Assembly: GCA_002269645.1 (NCBI GenBank)
Contig: NIVC01002601.1
Coordinates: 1 to 64,000, forward strand
Source: Macrostomum lignano
Lineage: Eukaryota
Reading direction: 5' to 3'
Length of the DNA: 64,000 nt
Shown: one piece after another, positions 28,040 through 38,904 of the stretch
How the letters are laid out: each line of letters opens with the position of its first letter
Position numbering within the stretch: the first letter of the stretch is position 1
The notes under the pieces: model-generated
The model's input: only the letters and a program-made list of their open reading frames with translations
What the model was told of the DNA's origin: nothing
The model's database searches: none
Program-made: the position numbers and the translations under genes

Positions 28040-30376
28040 ATGTCTGTAGAGCAATCAGCCACTGGAACTCAAGGCGCACCTCTGGTGGGTGAACCCATAA
28101 AGCTGCCTGAGACTGAGAAGGCTCAAAATGAAGCCGAGTTAAACCAAATTGCTACTGAGAGTAGCGTGGGTGCTATTTTAGGAAGTCTTGACAGAACGCT
28201 GGGCAACTTGGATGCTAAGCTTGACTATGCGAGAGTGCCTGAGGCAAAGCTGAAAGCCCCACCTTGCTACCACCCTAAAATCAGATTTGAGCTCTGGGAG
28301 ACACAACTCCGGGCCTATTTAAGCGTTAACAGAGTTCAGCGGGAGCACTGTGGCGGTGTTCTTTTCTCTCTACTATCGCCAGAAGTCCAAGAGTTTTACT
28401 ACAATAGCAAACTACAGGATCTAGCTTTTCCAGCAGCATTAGAAGCTCTCCGCGAGCGGTACACGGACTCTAGCAGTGCCGATAAATTTTACATTGAGCT
28501 GACAGTTGCCCACCAAGCTGATGGCGAAGGAATTCAAGAATTCTGTGACCGTCTTGTAGCCCTAGCCACCGCATCCAAAATTTCTGCTCCACACAGCGAT
28601 CCATTGGTTCGGTCACGTTTTTGTTATGGAGTTCTAGACAAAAATCTAGCTGAGAAACTAATTACAATGACCCAGGAGTCACCCAAAGCAACCCTTCAAG
28701 ACCTCCTGAAGAAAGCCAAAAGTTTTCTAGACATTCAGAAGCTGCTGAAACCGACTGAGACAAGCAAGATCCGGCAGTTAGAAGTAGACGAGATAAGCCG
28801 ACTCAAAAACAGGATCCAAGAACTTGAGACAGAAGCCAAGCAGAGGGGCAAGTTCGAACACGAATTTAATAGCCAGCCTACTGGGGGATTTAGACCACAG
28901 GCTTTGCACACTGCCGCTGATAAACCACCGAGGTACAATGCGCCTATCACGGGCAGGCACGCAGGCAAGCGGCACTGCTTCAGGTGCGGTTCAGCTGATC
29001 ACCTGGTAGCAGAGTGCCCTGGCTCAGGTGCACCTGAAAACGGTAAATTTTCATGGCGCCACCCGAGGCAGCCCACACAGAAAGGCTCAGCTAAAGTGGA
29101 AAAAGAGCTGGGTAGAATTTCCTACTGGTCAAATGCCTACGGATTCATCCAGTCTCTGCCTCTGGGAGATTCTGTTTTCGTACACTTCTCGCAGCTCAGC
29201 AGCGAGTTAAAGGATCTTGTCCCCGCCCATCAGATTGTCGGAGCGCCCGTAGAGTTTATCCGGCTAGCCGACAAGGGCAAGAAAAACGACCGTGCTGTTG
29301 ATGTTGTGTGTAGTAACCAGGATGTCCGGTGCAGCCAAACCGTGTCTAGGGCAGAATCCTCCAGCTCCGGGTACTACCTGCAGGCCACTGTGGGAGACAT
29401 TAAGCTGATTGGGTGTCTAGATAGTGGTTCAAATGCGTCCATCATCAGCCCAGAAATTCGGGACAAACTGTTAGCAGCCGATACTATCAATAATCGCTTC
29501 ACGGCCGCAACTACAGTGCAGTCAGCTTCGGGATTCAATGGTGCCTCCAGCCGAATCCTTGGCAAGTTAGTTTGCGAGGTTCAAGTAGCGAATGAGACAA
29601 AGCCGCACGTTTTCCTAGTCATAGAACACTCGATCTCCGACACTCTCTTTGGGATCGACTTCATGCGGAATTTCCAGATTAATTTATTGGTGGCAGAGGG
29701 TCGAGCGACGGCTGGAGGTGAGCTTATTCCTGTCATCGAAGGGGACAGTAGCATCTTCCAAGTCAAGAGAGTGCTGGCGGCTTGCAATGTCGAACTCCCG
29801 CCCAGGTCGGAGACTCTAATCCCTGGGAGGGTGATAGACAGTCAGCCTAACACCTGCGGCTCCGTGGGTGGCAAGATTTTTGCGAACGACTCGAGCCTCT
29901 TAATGGCACACTCGGTAGACCAAGTAAACAGTTCCAATCACATCTTGCTGCGGGTCTTAAACACCAGTGAAGAACCAGTATCACTCAGAAGAGAAGATGA
30001 AATAGGATCCTTCCAGCAGTTGGGGCCAAACGAGACAATCAGTAAAACTTCAATTTCTGAAAAAGACTTTAAAATCGAAAACACTGATCAGCTCCTTAGA
30101 AAACTCAATCAGCTGCCTAGTCCAGATGAAGGTACAGCGAAGTGGCTATCAAACCAGTTTCGCCTAACGGAGTCCAAACTCAGCGAGGAACAGTTGGGAA
30201 CTACACTGAAAATGCTTAACTATTTCTTAAGTCAAATCTCTCGTAGTGAGCACGATATCTCGAGAACCCAATTGCATGAACTAGCTATCGAACTAAAGAC
30301 CCTAGCTGTAGGCCGATCACGCAGCCATCACGCCGCACCACCCCGGCTCAAAAAGATTTCCTTGACAAATATATAG
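28040..30376 (+). CDS. Gypsy Gag - CCHC knuckle - cold-shock domain - aspartic protease - dUTPase-like linker (continues into RT via a -1 shift at ~30296)
   Basis: CFRCGSADHLVAEC (28976-29017); YGFIQ...VFVHFSQ...GAPVEF (29105-29305); LDSGS (29417-29431). Confidence 0.9.
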   Translation: MSVEQSATGTQGAPLVGEPIKLPETEKAQNEAELNQIATESSVGAILGSLDRTLGNLDAKLDYARVPEAKLKAPPCYHPKIRFELWETQLRAYLSVNRVQREHCGGVLFSLLSPEVQEFYYNSKLQDLAFPAALEALRERYTDSSSADKFYIELTVAHQADGEGIQEFCDRLVALATASKISAPHSDPLVRSRFCYGVLDKNLAEKLITMTQESPKATLQDLLKKAKSFLDIQKLLKPTETSKIRQLEVDEISRLKNRIQELETEAKQRGKFEHEFNSQPTGGFRPQALHTAADKPPRYNAPITGRHAGKRHCFRCGSADHLVAECPGSGAPENGKFSWRHPRQPTQKGSAKVEKELGRISYWSNAYGFIQSLPLGDSVFVHFSQLSSELKDLVPAHQIVGAPVEFIRLADKGKKNDRAVDVVCSNQDVRCSQTVSRAESSSSGYYLQATVGDIKLIGCLDSGSNASIISPEIRDKLLAADTINNRFTAATTVQSASGFNGASSRILGKLVCEVQVANETKPHVFLVIEHSISDTLFGIDFMRNFQINLLVAEGRATAGGELIPVIEGDSSIFQVKRVLAACNVELPPRSETLIPGRVIDSQPNTCGSVGGKIFANDSSLLMAHSVDQVNSSNHILLRVLNTSEEPVSLRREDEIGSFQQLGPNETISKTSISEKDFKIENTDQLLRKLNQLPSPDEGTAKWLSNQFRLTESKLSEEQLGTTLKMLNYFLSQISRSEHDISRTQLHELAIELKTLAVGRSRSHHAAPPRLKKISLTNI

Positions 30377-30384
30377 AACAGCTA

Positions 30385-31929
30385 GTGGAGCAGGGCATAG
30401 TAGAAGAGTGTGATTCCGAGTGGGCCTCACCAATTGTCTTAGTCAAAAAGAAGGACCAGTCTTACAGAATGTGTGTTGACTACAGAGCGGTCAACAAGCT
30501 AATAAAGCCGTGTAGCTTTCCGCTCCCATTAATGGATGAAACGTTTGATAGCCTTGCCGACTCTACCATCTTTTCAACACTAGATTTAACAAGTGCATAC
30601 TGGCAGGTAGGAATTAGAGAGCAAGACCGAGACATTACGGCTTTTTCTTGCCCCCAGGGCACATTCCGTTGGCGAGTTGTGCCATACGGTATCAAAACGG
30701 CACCATCTAACTTTGCTAAGCTGATGCACCGTGTGCTCAAACCCTTGCTGATGAGAGTTAGCCTCGTCTATCTTGACGACGTCATTATCAAAGCTCGAAC
30801 TAGTAGCGAAATGATAACAAACCTAGCGCTGGTGTTTTGGCAACTACAAAAGGCAAACCTAAAAATTAAGCCAGCTAAATGCGAGCTTTTCAGGGAAAAA
30901 CTAAAGTTTTTAGGATTTGTAGTATCGGCGGATGGAATCGAGACGGACCCCAGCAAAACAGAGGCCGTCCAGAGTTGGTGTAGGCCAAAGACAGGGAAAC
31001 AACTCTTGTCATTCTTAAATTTTGCCAACTATTACCGTAAATTTGTGCCAAAATTCTCGATCATAGCAGCTCCACTGTACGCTATCGCTAACTCCGATAG
31101 GTTTCACTGGGAAGAAAAGCACGAAAAAGCTTTCAAACAGTTAAAGGACAGTCTCTGCAATCCTCCAACTCTGGCGTACCCGGATATGCGTCCAGAAGCC
31201 GGCCCCTTCGTGCTAGACTGTGACAGCTCTGGCCTGGGGGTGGGAGGAGTCCTGTCCCAAGTTGGCAAAGCTGGTAAAGAGCATGTGATAGCATTCGCTT
31301 CGAAGAAGTTCAACAATGCACAAAGAAATTATTGTGCAACAATGCGCGAGCTGCTCGGTTTGATTATCATGCTAGAGCAGTTCCGCACTTACCTCTTAGA
31401 CAGGCCTTTCGTCGTCCGAACTGACGCCGTGGCGCTTAAATGGCTTCATTCCAAAAAACACGCTACGGGAATGCTAGCCCAGTGGCTTGTGATCCTAGAG
31501 CCTTACAACTTTAGCGTTGAGCAGACGCCGCTGGAACGCTTGGCAGACTTTGACTTCTCCGTGGAACATAGGCCTGGGGAGAGCCACATTAATGCCGACA
31601 TTCTCAGTCGCAATCCCAAATTCCGTCCGGACCATTTCGACTGCCCATCTTGCTCTCGTATTCCAGAGTTTCAGGCCAGGTTCGGATGCCAAAGTAGCGC
31701 CGTTAGAGCCGTTAAAATAGGCTGTGCTAAATTAGAAAAGCACGAGGCTTCGACTCAAACCGAAGGTACACACTTTTTAGATCAACAACCATGTGTGAAC
31801 CCACTAGGAATGATGACCACGGCAATGAGAGCCGGCTTGATAGTTGTCACTCAGTTAGCCAAGCGATCCAGACTGATCCATCAGGCACAAACCATAAAGA
31901 AACCTCTGAAGATAGCCAAATTCAAGTGA
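30385..31929 (+). CDS. Gypsy reverse transcriptase plus RNase H (frame open from ~30296)
   Basis: WASPIVLVKKKD, RMCVDYRAVN, LDLTSAYWQV, YLDD, CDSSGLGVGGVLSQ, ELLGLI, HRPG...NADILSR. Confidence 0.95.
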   Translation: MEQGIVEECDSEWASPIVLVKKKDQSYRMCVDYRAVNKLIKPCSFPLPLMDETFDSLADSTIFSTLDLTSAYWQVGIREQDRDITAFSCPQGTFRWRVVPYGIKTAPSNFAKLMHRVLKPLLMRVSLVYLDDVIIKARTSSEMITNLALVFWQLQKANLKIKPAKCELFREKLKFLGFVVSADGIETDPSKTEAVQSWCRPKTGKQLLSFLNFANYYRKFVPKFSIIAAPLYAIANSDRFHWEEKHEKAFKQLKDSLCNPPTLAYPDMRPEAGPFVLDCDSSGLGVGGVLSQVGKAGKEHVIAFASKKFNNAQRNYCATMRELLGLIIMLEQFRTYLLDRPFVVRTDAVALKWLHSKKHATGMLAQWLVILEPYNFSVEQTPLERLADFDFSVEHRPGESHINADILSRNPKFRPDHFDCPSCSRIPEFQARFGCQSSAVRAVKIGCAKLEKHEASTQTEGTHFLDQQPCVNPLGMMTTAMRAGLIVVTQLAKRSRLIHQAQTIKKPLKIAKFK

Positions 31930-34225
31930 CAAAACCTAAGGTTCAGGTGGCTAAAATTGCAACTAATTCTAACAATGACCAAAGTGCGAAGAGTGACAGA
32001 ACGAGCGGTAGTCATTCCTTCCACATTGGAACCAGCCTAGCGAATCAAGCCGCTGATGATGCAAGCGAATTAAGCCTACCACAGAGTGAGGCTGATGAGA
32101 GAGTAGATGTGGATTGGGTGACGCTGGCACAAGAGTCAAACGTAGATCTGCTGAGAATCAAGCAATCCGTAGCTGGCTCCGAACCGAAACTTAGCAAACA
32201 GGATATTCAAGATTGCAGTCGAGAAATTAAAACTCTCTGGGCTCTGTATAACGAACTGTCAGTTGAAAATGGCTTGCTCTACCGCACAAAGCCAGCGAGG
32301 AAGGGCAAACCGAGTGTTAAGCAGTTGATAATTCCCTCGTCTGCAAATTTAGATGAACTAGTAATCAAGTACCATAGAGCGTGCAACCATTCAGGAGCCA
32401 ATAAAACCACGGCGGCATTGAAATCACGTTTCTTGATCTCTGATCTGGAAACTTACGTAAGAGGTATCGTTGCCGAATGCGAAACTTGCGCCAGAGTTAA
32501 GAAAGGTACAAAGAAGATTAGAGCCCCCCTGCAGCCTACCTTGGCAGGGTATCCCAATCAGGTGGTACACGTTGACCATTGTGGACCTTTTCCTGAATCT
32601 AATGGTATGCGGTATCTTCTGGTGCTGATTGATCGTTTCACCAGCTTCGTCGAGATTGTCCCGGTGCCTGATGTCTCAGCAGGAACTACGGCGCTTGCCA
32701 TCCTCACTGAATGGGTGGTAAGGTATGGGACGATGGAACAGATTGTCTCAGATAACGGCACTGCATTCATTAACGCTACGGTTGCCGAGTTGACTCGAAT
32801 ACTCGAAATCGACATGGTTAGAATCACAGCGAGAAGACCACAGGCCAATGGCAAGGCCGAACGAGCTATCCAAACGATCAAAACCAAAGTTCGGGCAGTG
32901 TGTGCTGATCGTAGAATAGGGTGGCCTTTGGCTGCTAAGCTTGTGGGGTTGTCGATCCGGACGACCGAATCCGAGTCTACCGGCTTCACGCCAGCAAAGT
33001 TGTTCTTCGGGAGAGAACTCGACATCCCCTTGGACCTCCAGTACAACCCACCACCAAGAGAATACTATGATCCGGAATCTTACGCACACACCCTGCACAA
33101 AGCCCTGGTCGAAACATCGGCTACGGCTCGCGCTTTGCGGGGAAAGGCCCAGAGAAGACAAAAGCGCTACTATGACAGAGCCGTTTTTAAACCTAACTTT
33201 GAAGTAGGTGAGCTGGTCTGGGTTCGAAACCCGGATCACAGAGGCCTTGACCCAGCAGTTTGGTTGGGACCATACCGCGTAGTTCAGCAAATATCCGAGC
33301 GCAACTATCGGCTCCTGCCCGAATTTATTAGAGAAAATCCATTCATTCGAACTCCTAACCCGAGCCACAACATTTATAATGTAGACAGAATCAAAAAATG
33401 CATACGCAAGCCGAACTATCAAGACACCATTGACCGTTTCGGTCTAAAAATAACTGCACGGTTGCCGGAATCTCGTGTGGGAAATTGTGACGAGGACTCG
33501 CCAGCCTCGGATTCCAGCTCGGACTCCGACATGGAAGAGCGTGGATTACCTTACTTCCCAGTTGCAGGGCTGGGATCGAACCAGGTGCAGTCCAGTGAGA
33601 ACCAGGTGCAGTCAGTGAGAACCAGGTGCAGTCCAGTGAGAACCAGGTGCAGTCCAGTGAGAACCAGGTGCAGTCCAGTAAGAACCTGGTGCAGCCTGGT
33701 GAGAACCAGGTGCAGTCCGGCGAGAACCAGGTGCAGTCCAGTGAGAAACGGTTGCAGCCCGGTGAGACTTCGGTGTGTACAGGTGGAACCCAAGGACAAC
33801 CGGTTGAGGACCTTGGTCAGCCAGTTTTGGACCTGTTGCAACCCAGAACAGAGTCTGGAGATTTTGTGCAGGAGCCAGATTTTTTAAGTGAAAAACACAC
33901 TCAACACCGTGTGCCTGAAGTAGGTGGTAATAGTAGCACGAATCGACTCGAACAAGTCGAGGATGGCCAGGTTCCTTCAATCGGTGCGGAGGTAGAGATA
34001 GTGGGAGATAGAACGCGTGAGTTGCCTGGAACCGCCAGCCAAGGACAGAGGACGGAGCCAGCTGGCCAGCGTGAAACAGTGGAACCAGACCCATCGTTAT
34101 CAGACAGAGTCAGTACTCGGGGCAGCATTTACACCACTCGAAGTGGCAGGGCGGTTCGGCCGCCAACCAGATTTTTGCAGGTGCTTGCCGGGTTTTGCCA
34201 CCGCTCCAATTCCAACAGTCTTTGA
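31791..34225 (+). CDS. Gypsy integrase (HHCC, DDE, GPY) plus repetitive C-terminal tail; -1 shift at ~33613 into ORF 33626..34225
   Basis: YHRACNHSG...CETC; HVDH, SDNG, NGKAER; WLGPYRV; the tail ends in TRSGRAVRPPTRF, a typical Gypsy IN C-terminal motif; 21-bp repeats at 33588-33745. Confidence 0.9.
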
Positions 34226-34785
34226 TTTCCTTCTCTTTCCCTCCATTCGTTGTGTTGTCTCGCTTTGTTCTCTTCTTCCTTTTCTGTTCTTTGTTTTCCG
34301 TGCCAGTGCCAAGTTAGCCCTGAGTCTGCCGGTTGCGTTGCCGCCGGTGGGTTGTGTGTGTGTGGGGCGGCGTCCCGTCCGTGTGTTGGCTGGGTGAGCT
34401 CTGCTGCGCAGTTCGAATTGAAGTTCGTGCATTCCGATCCGTGGTGACGTTATTTTCGGTTCTGTGATTTGCTTTTGTCACTTAGCTCTCGGTTTCAGTT
34501 GTAATTATTAATTGTTATTTTACGTCCTTGCTTATAAAGTCTCAGTGATGCAATATTTTAATCCGTGCTAGCTACAGAATGTTACTTAAGGTCTTTTAAA
34601 TCCCATGCAATATGCTCAATGACTTCTCAACATTCGTATACTTTCGGTGACGTCTACTTTGAATATTTCGTTCACTCCGTTCGTGTTCCCATTTTTGTGT
34701 CATTCAATTTCTGTTCGATGTGTTCGGTTAATAACGCTAATCATGTTAATAATGTTTCATGTAGTTTACTGCCAATAGGCTCGTT

Positions 34786-34801
34786 TTGGAAGGGAGGCGA
34801 G
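34786..34801 (+). promoter_or_regulatory. Polypurine tract
   Basis: GGAAGGGAGGCGAG abuts the 3' LTR. Confidence 0.8.
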
Positions 34802-35222
34802 TGTAACGGTTTGGAAATTCTGTAATTCAAATCTAGTTTATTAACATGGTGTATTTTAACTTTATTCAAATCCTTAGCTGTTTAGATTACGTGCGTAATT
34901 ATTCTAGGGTTTTGATATTACGTATTTTGTTAATTTGGTTTCCGTTTCCAAGAAATGCGACTCATAATTTTAACATGTAAGTTCTAGTCTTTTTCTGTAA
35001 GCGTGTGGCAGCCTGGGACGTAGATCAACCTAGCATGTACGTGAGATACAATAATTATAATCAGAGCCGATCACCAGTGTACGCATTCATACTAAGACAG
35101 TAAGATTTCTTATGCTCCGAGTATAGTAAATCGTCCAGGACTGACAGACGTATCTGCTGAACCATATACGTTGCTAATACTCTCTCTTCGCTAGTAATAT
35201 TAAATATACCGGACTCGTTACA
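34802..35222 (+). repeat. 3' LTR (421 bp)
   Basis: Direct repeat of 26987-27407. Confidence 0.97.
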
Positions 35223-35226
35223 TATC

Positions 35227-37175
35227 GTTACATTGTACCATGACCTTTGTGCCCGCTGGGCACTTATTCTTGCCTTTTAATGCCATAGACTACATTAAAG
35301 CCCGCTTGCAGGAAAGAAATATCGAACAAACAGTCTATGTCAACCTTACTTTAATGCAAATTAGCGGGCAGTTAATGACATTAAACGCCCGGGCAGATAA
35401 TGACATTAACTGCCCGCTAATTTGCAGACAGTTACACAACCGCTTTATTTGTAGAACGACTCAGCATGAAACATGTGAAGACTAGAACATAAATGCAACA
35501 AAAACAAAACAACAATTGTCAATTTATTCAATCCAGCAGTTACACTTACCTGCTACATAAAGATGGACACCTTTAGGCCGTTTTTTTCCAACACGACAGT
35601 CGGGTCCCCCTGACGCTCATTCGACACAGTAGGTGTGGACTCGCCCTTGGACGCACTAGAAGCAGGCGATAGATCCAAGTCCGCGCGCTTCAGTGGGACT
35701 TCATCCTCCAGACCATGCAAGCCGGACGTCATTGCACTCGACAGACTGCGCTTCTGTTCCACCGAGACTCGTTTCGTATAGCGAAGCACGCTTTCAACCT
35801 TCTTGTGACCGGAGACGGTCTGGATCTGCTCCGGATTGAAACCTTGCTCCGACAGGTTCGTGATCATTGTCGAGCGGATGCAATGATTAGTGTACATGTA
35901 GGAAAGGCCGGCAGCTTTAGATTCTTTCATTAGCTCGGCCAGGGTGTTCTTGCCGATGACTTCTTTCTTGCAGTACCACTCCCTGTCGGTCCATTTCGCT
36001 CGAGGCTTAGGAAACAGGCTCGAATTCTCCTCCGGCAGTTTAGACAGGTAGAGCATCACTGCCTGAACAGGACACTTGGCTTCGTCCGCCACCGGGAATA
36101 TACCAATATCCTTCTTCGTGCTTGCACTTCTGGCCGAGACGTTCTTCTCCCTTTTTTCCTTCGCAAGGTCGATACATTCCACTTTTCCATCGCGACGCCT
36201 CACAACCACATCATTTTGTCCAGAGATCGAATCCACTCACGTCCCCTGAATCCAAAGTGATACACAATCAGGAAGAACGTCTCGTGTTGCAGCTTCTTAG
36301 GATCAGTCCGGTCGAAATACGCAGACAGCTTGGCCAAGTCAACGACGTCAATAGCTCGGTATCCACCGTCGCCGTCAACCACGGAAGTAGGCTGCTTAAG
36401 TGAATACGTCAGAGCGGCCTTGAAGGTTTTTTCTAGTTCAAGGAAGTCGGGATTCCCAATCAGAGACAGACCCCGCTTTGCCAGCAGAAAACGATGAATA
36501 GCAGCCCTCATGCAAACTAGCGTGCTGCAACTGTAGGCGGAGCCGTCAGCTTTCCGTACAGTAGAAAACCAGAGTCTCAGGTACTGGCATAAATACCTCG
36601 ACGGCATAGTCTCTATGTCAGTGGAAAGACCTCTTTCACCCAGAAAAGCCTTCAGTCTTCCAGAGTAGGCGTCCGTCTGCTTCTCTGTTGATTGTACAAC
36701 GGCAGCCTTCTCCAGATTAGTTATCTCCTGGAGGTCCGTCTCGTTCAGTTCAGAAAACTCCGTCACGTTCAGAAGGAACTCGTTGATGCGTCTCGAGTCG
36801 ACCAATGGAAGTCCGTCGTATTGTGAGACAGCCGATTCATGACTGCGTCCAGCAGATTGATGAGTTACAAATTCCAATTCATCAGCATTCAATCCACTTA
36901 TCTCGCCCTCTGCGATACCGCTATAGTTGATCATGCTTCTAGATCTAGTTTGTCTTAGTCAAACCTTATGCAGTATGTGGTGTGATAAGTCTAATCTCTT
37001 CTCTTCTCTGCTTAAGTTAGTACTGTACTACTGCTAAAAATCTTATTTCGTGTTTTGTCTATGGCTTTTGGTGGGGGCTTCGCCCCCACACCCCCTTTCT
37101 ACTCGTATTATTTGTCCCACTTTGTCAAGGACACAAATGTCTATGGCACAATAATAATAATACCCATGCTATTAA
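35227..37175 (-). mobile_element. Crypton-like DNA transposon, family A (tyrosine recombinase), apparently complete; ends approximate
   Basis: Encloses the YR ORF; both flanking segments recur joined together at 42330-42532; no RT, no long TIRs. Confidence 0.7.
35553..36934 (-). CDS. Crypton/DUF3504-type tyrosine recombinase, one -1 frameshift at ~36215-36235
   Basis: Core-binding-like YLRLWFSTVRKADG.AY...L.CMRAAIHRFL; catalytic FGFRGRE (R), EKN (K), TNHCIRST (HxxR), SGHK (H), VLRY (Y). Confidence 0.85.
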
Positions 37176-37792
37176 TGTATTAATTAATTATTTATTTATT
37201 TATTAATGTATTAAGGTATTAATGTACTATTCTTTTAGTATTTCTGGATTTACCTTGCTTGTAACCCAAACCCTTTCTCACCCTCTGATTGTTCAAATTG
37301 GCTTTAATTGTCACACTTTCGAAAGGAATGACTTTAAAAAACTTTTGACATTTTTCGAGTTCTGAGGAGAGATCAGGAGGGGAGAGAGGAGAGAAAAGGG
37401 GAGTGAGGAGAGAAGCGAGAAGAGCGGAGAGAAGAGAAAAGAGGGAGCGAAGGGAGAAAAGCGGAGATACTTTACGACTTTAATTTTTTTCATTTTTCTA
37501 AATTGAATCTTTCGCACTGCTATAATTTATGTGCATTCTAACTTAACAAACTGCACATGTATACATTCAACTTTAATGAGTCCTTCCTCAAAAACTGGAA
37601 TTCACAGACGTGCGAGTGTCGAAAGGTTGTGAAGGTGCCGCCTCATATGCAAATTTTCCCTATCTGGAACTTCCTGTCTCGAATTGATCGTTGAATATTC
37701 GTATCTAAAAAGCTTTGTGTATCTATTACTGGTAATAATCTATATGCGTTCAAATAATTGGCTTCTTATCCTACTGAAGCCATGCAATGGTT

Positions 37793-38455
37793 TCACACAA
37801 ATATCACTGTGGCGCCAGCAGACTCAGCGCAGTGGTCGGACTGGTACCGTTCCCTGCTCAGAGCGGCCTCGTCAGCAGTGCCCTTATCTTTGTGTTCTTC
37901 AGACTCCTCCGCCGTCACTTCCAGAGACGGCGTCGTCTCAGCATCGTCGTCGGCCTCATCAGCGGACTCCTGGTCATCGCCATCGCCATCATCGTCATCG
38001 CCATCGATGCAGCACTCGTCGGTCAACACGATGGTGATGCCCTCAGCTTTGGGACCAACTGCTCCGTTGGACACAGCGGCGGCGCTGGCTAAGGCGGCAG
38101 CTTCGGTCGGTGCAGACGAGCTGTCTGAGGACCCGCCGCCAGCCCGACGGAACACGGAGCTGCGGCTGACGAAAGCCCGTCGGGTGAGCCGGCGTCGAGT
38201 TCTCACCAGCTCGGGCAGATTGGCTCGCCGCTCCGGCTCCTCGGTGCCATTGTAGACGCCCAAGAAGCCAATGTAGGGCCGGACAGTTAGGGCGACGATA
38301 CGCTCGAGGGCGACGTCGTTCTCGCTGGGCGGCTCCGAGTCCCGATGCATCTGCAGCACCAGCAGCATGCGGGTGAGGCCGGGCGACAGGCTGCAGACTG
38401 GACTGCAGGCTACCTCGGAGCGCAGAATTCCGTGAAGTCCCGTTGGTAGAAGAAC
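37793..38455 (-). CDS. PRR5: PRR5/Protor-like (mTORC2-associated, HbrB domain), exon 2
   Basis: AAG|GTT acceptor at 38456 gives FRDQ|VLL in frame; RMLLVLQ and LERIVALTVRPYIGFLG match PRR5 QMLLVLQ...VVSPYLG; acidic tail. Confidence 0.85.
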   Translation of the reverse strand, partial: VLLPTGLHGILRSEVACSPVCSLSPGLTRMLLVLQMHRDSEPPSENDVALERIVALTVRPYIGFLGVYNGTEEPERRANLPELVRTRRRLTRRAFVSRSSVFRRAGGGSSDSSSAPTEAAALASAAAVSNGAVGPKAEGITIVLTDECCIDGDDDDGDGDDQESADEADDDAETTPSLEVTAEESEEHKDKGTADEAALSRERYQSDHCAESAGATVIFV

Positions 38456-38904
38456 CTTTAGTGCGTTGAAATGCGATTGTCGACGTATAGTTTAACCAGC
38501 CAACGAAAGTGTATTGAGGCAATTTTATCAAATTTCAAAGCTACGCTTTGTAGTTATGGAATCATGGAATTAGGGAATATTGAATTGGTATTATGAATTT
38601 GATGGGCTTTCGTTCTAATTTATTATTTTAACACCTTATATTTTGTAATCTATAATACGACATTGTCACCCACGTCACTCTTCTTCAATTCAGTCTCACT
38701 AGCTCTCTCAGACTCTCATCTGCGTACATTCTCACAGCTGTCAATCTCATTGACGACGGGACACTATAAATGTACTTCGACTCTGACAACGGGCTCATGC
38801 AATTGACTGGCTGAGAGCGGCTAAGGCTGCATGGAATTCTTACCTTAAGCCAGGGGCAAGGAAACATGGAAACGTGTACGTAACTTAAAATGTATCTTGC
38901 TTAC

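Larger units (their letters stand above)
26987..35222 (+). mobile_element. Full-length Ty3/Gypsy LTR retrotransposon, very recent insertion
   Basis: Two 421-bp TG...CA LTRs; 4-bp TSD TATC (26983-86 / 35223-26); PBS; PPT; domain order Gag-PR-RT-RH-IN. Confidence 0.97.

Noticed and set aside
28976-29305. A host Lin28 or Y-box gene overlapping the element
   Set aside because: The domain order is CCHC then CSD, there is only one knuckle, and it is in frame with Gag and protease between two LTRs
30290-30300. Programmed -1 ribosomal frameshift between PR and RT
   Set aside because: There is no clear X XXY YYZ slippery heptamer, the position is atypical (within Pol), and the same -1 pattern affects unrelated genes; not fully excluded without reads
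34226-34800. env-like third ORF
   Set aside because: Only short ORFs are present, with no signal peptide/TM architecture
35553-36934. Phage integrase or bacterial contamination
   Set aside because: The motifs match the eukaryotic Crypton/DUF3504 type, and the neighbours are intron-containing animal genes and eukaryotic retroelements
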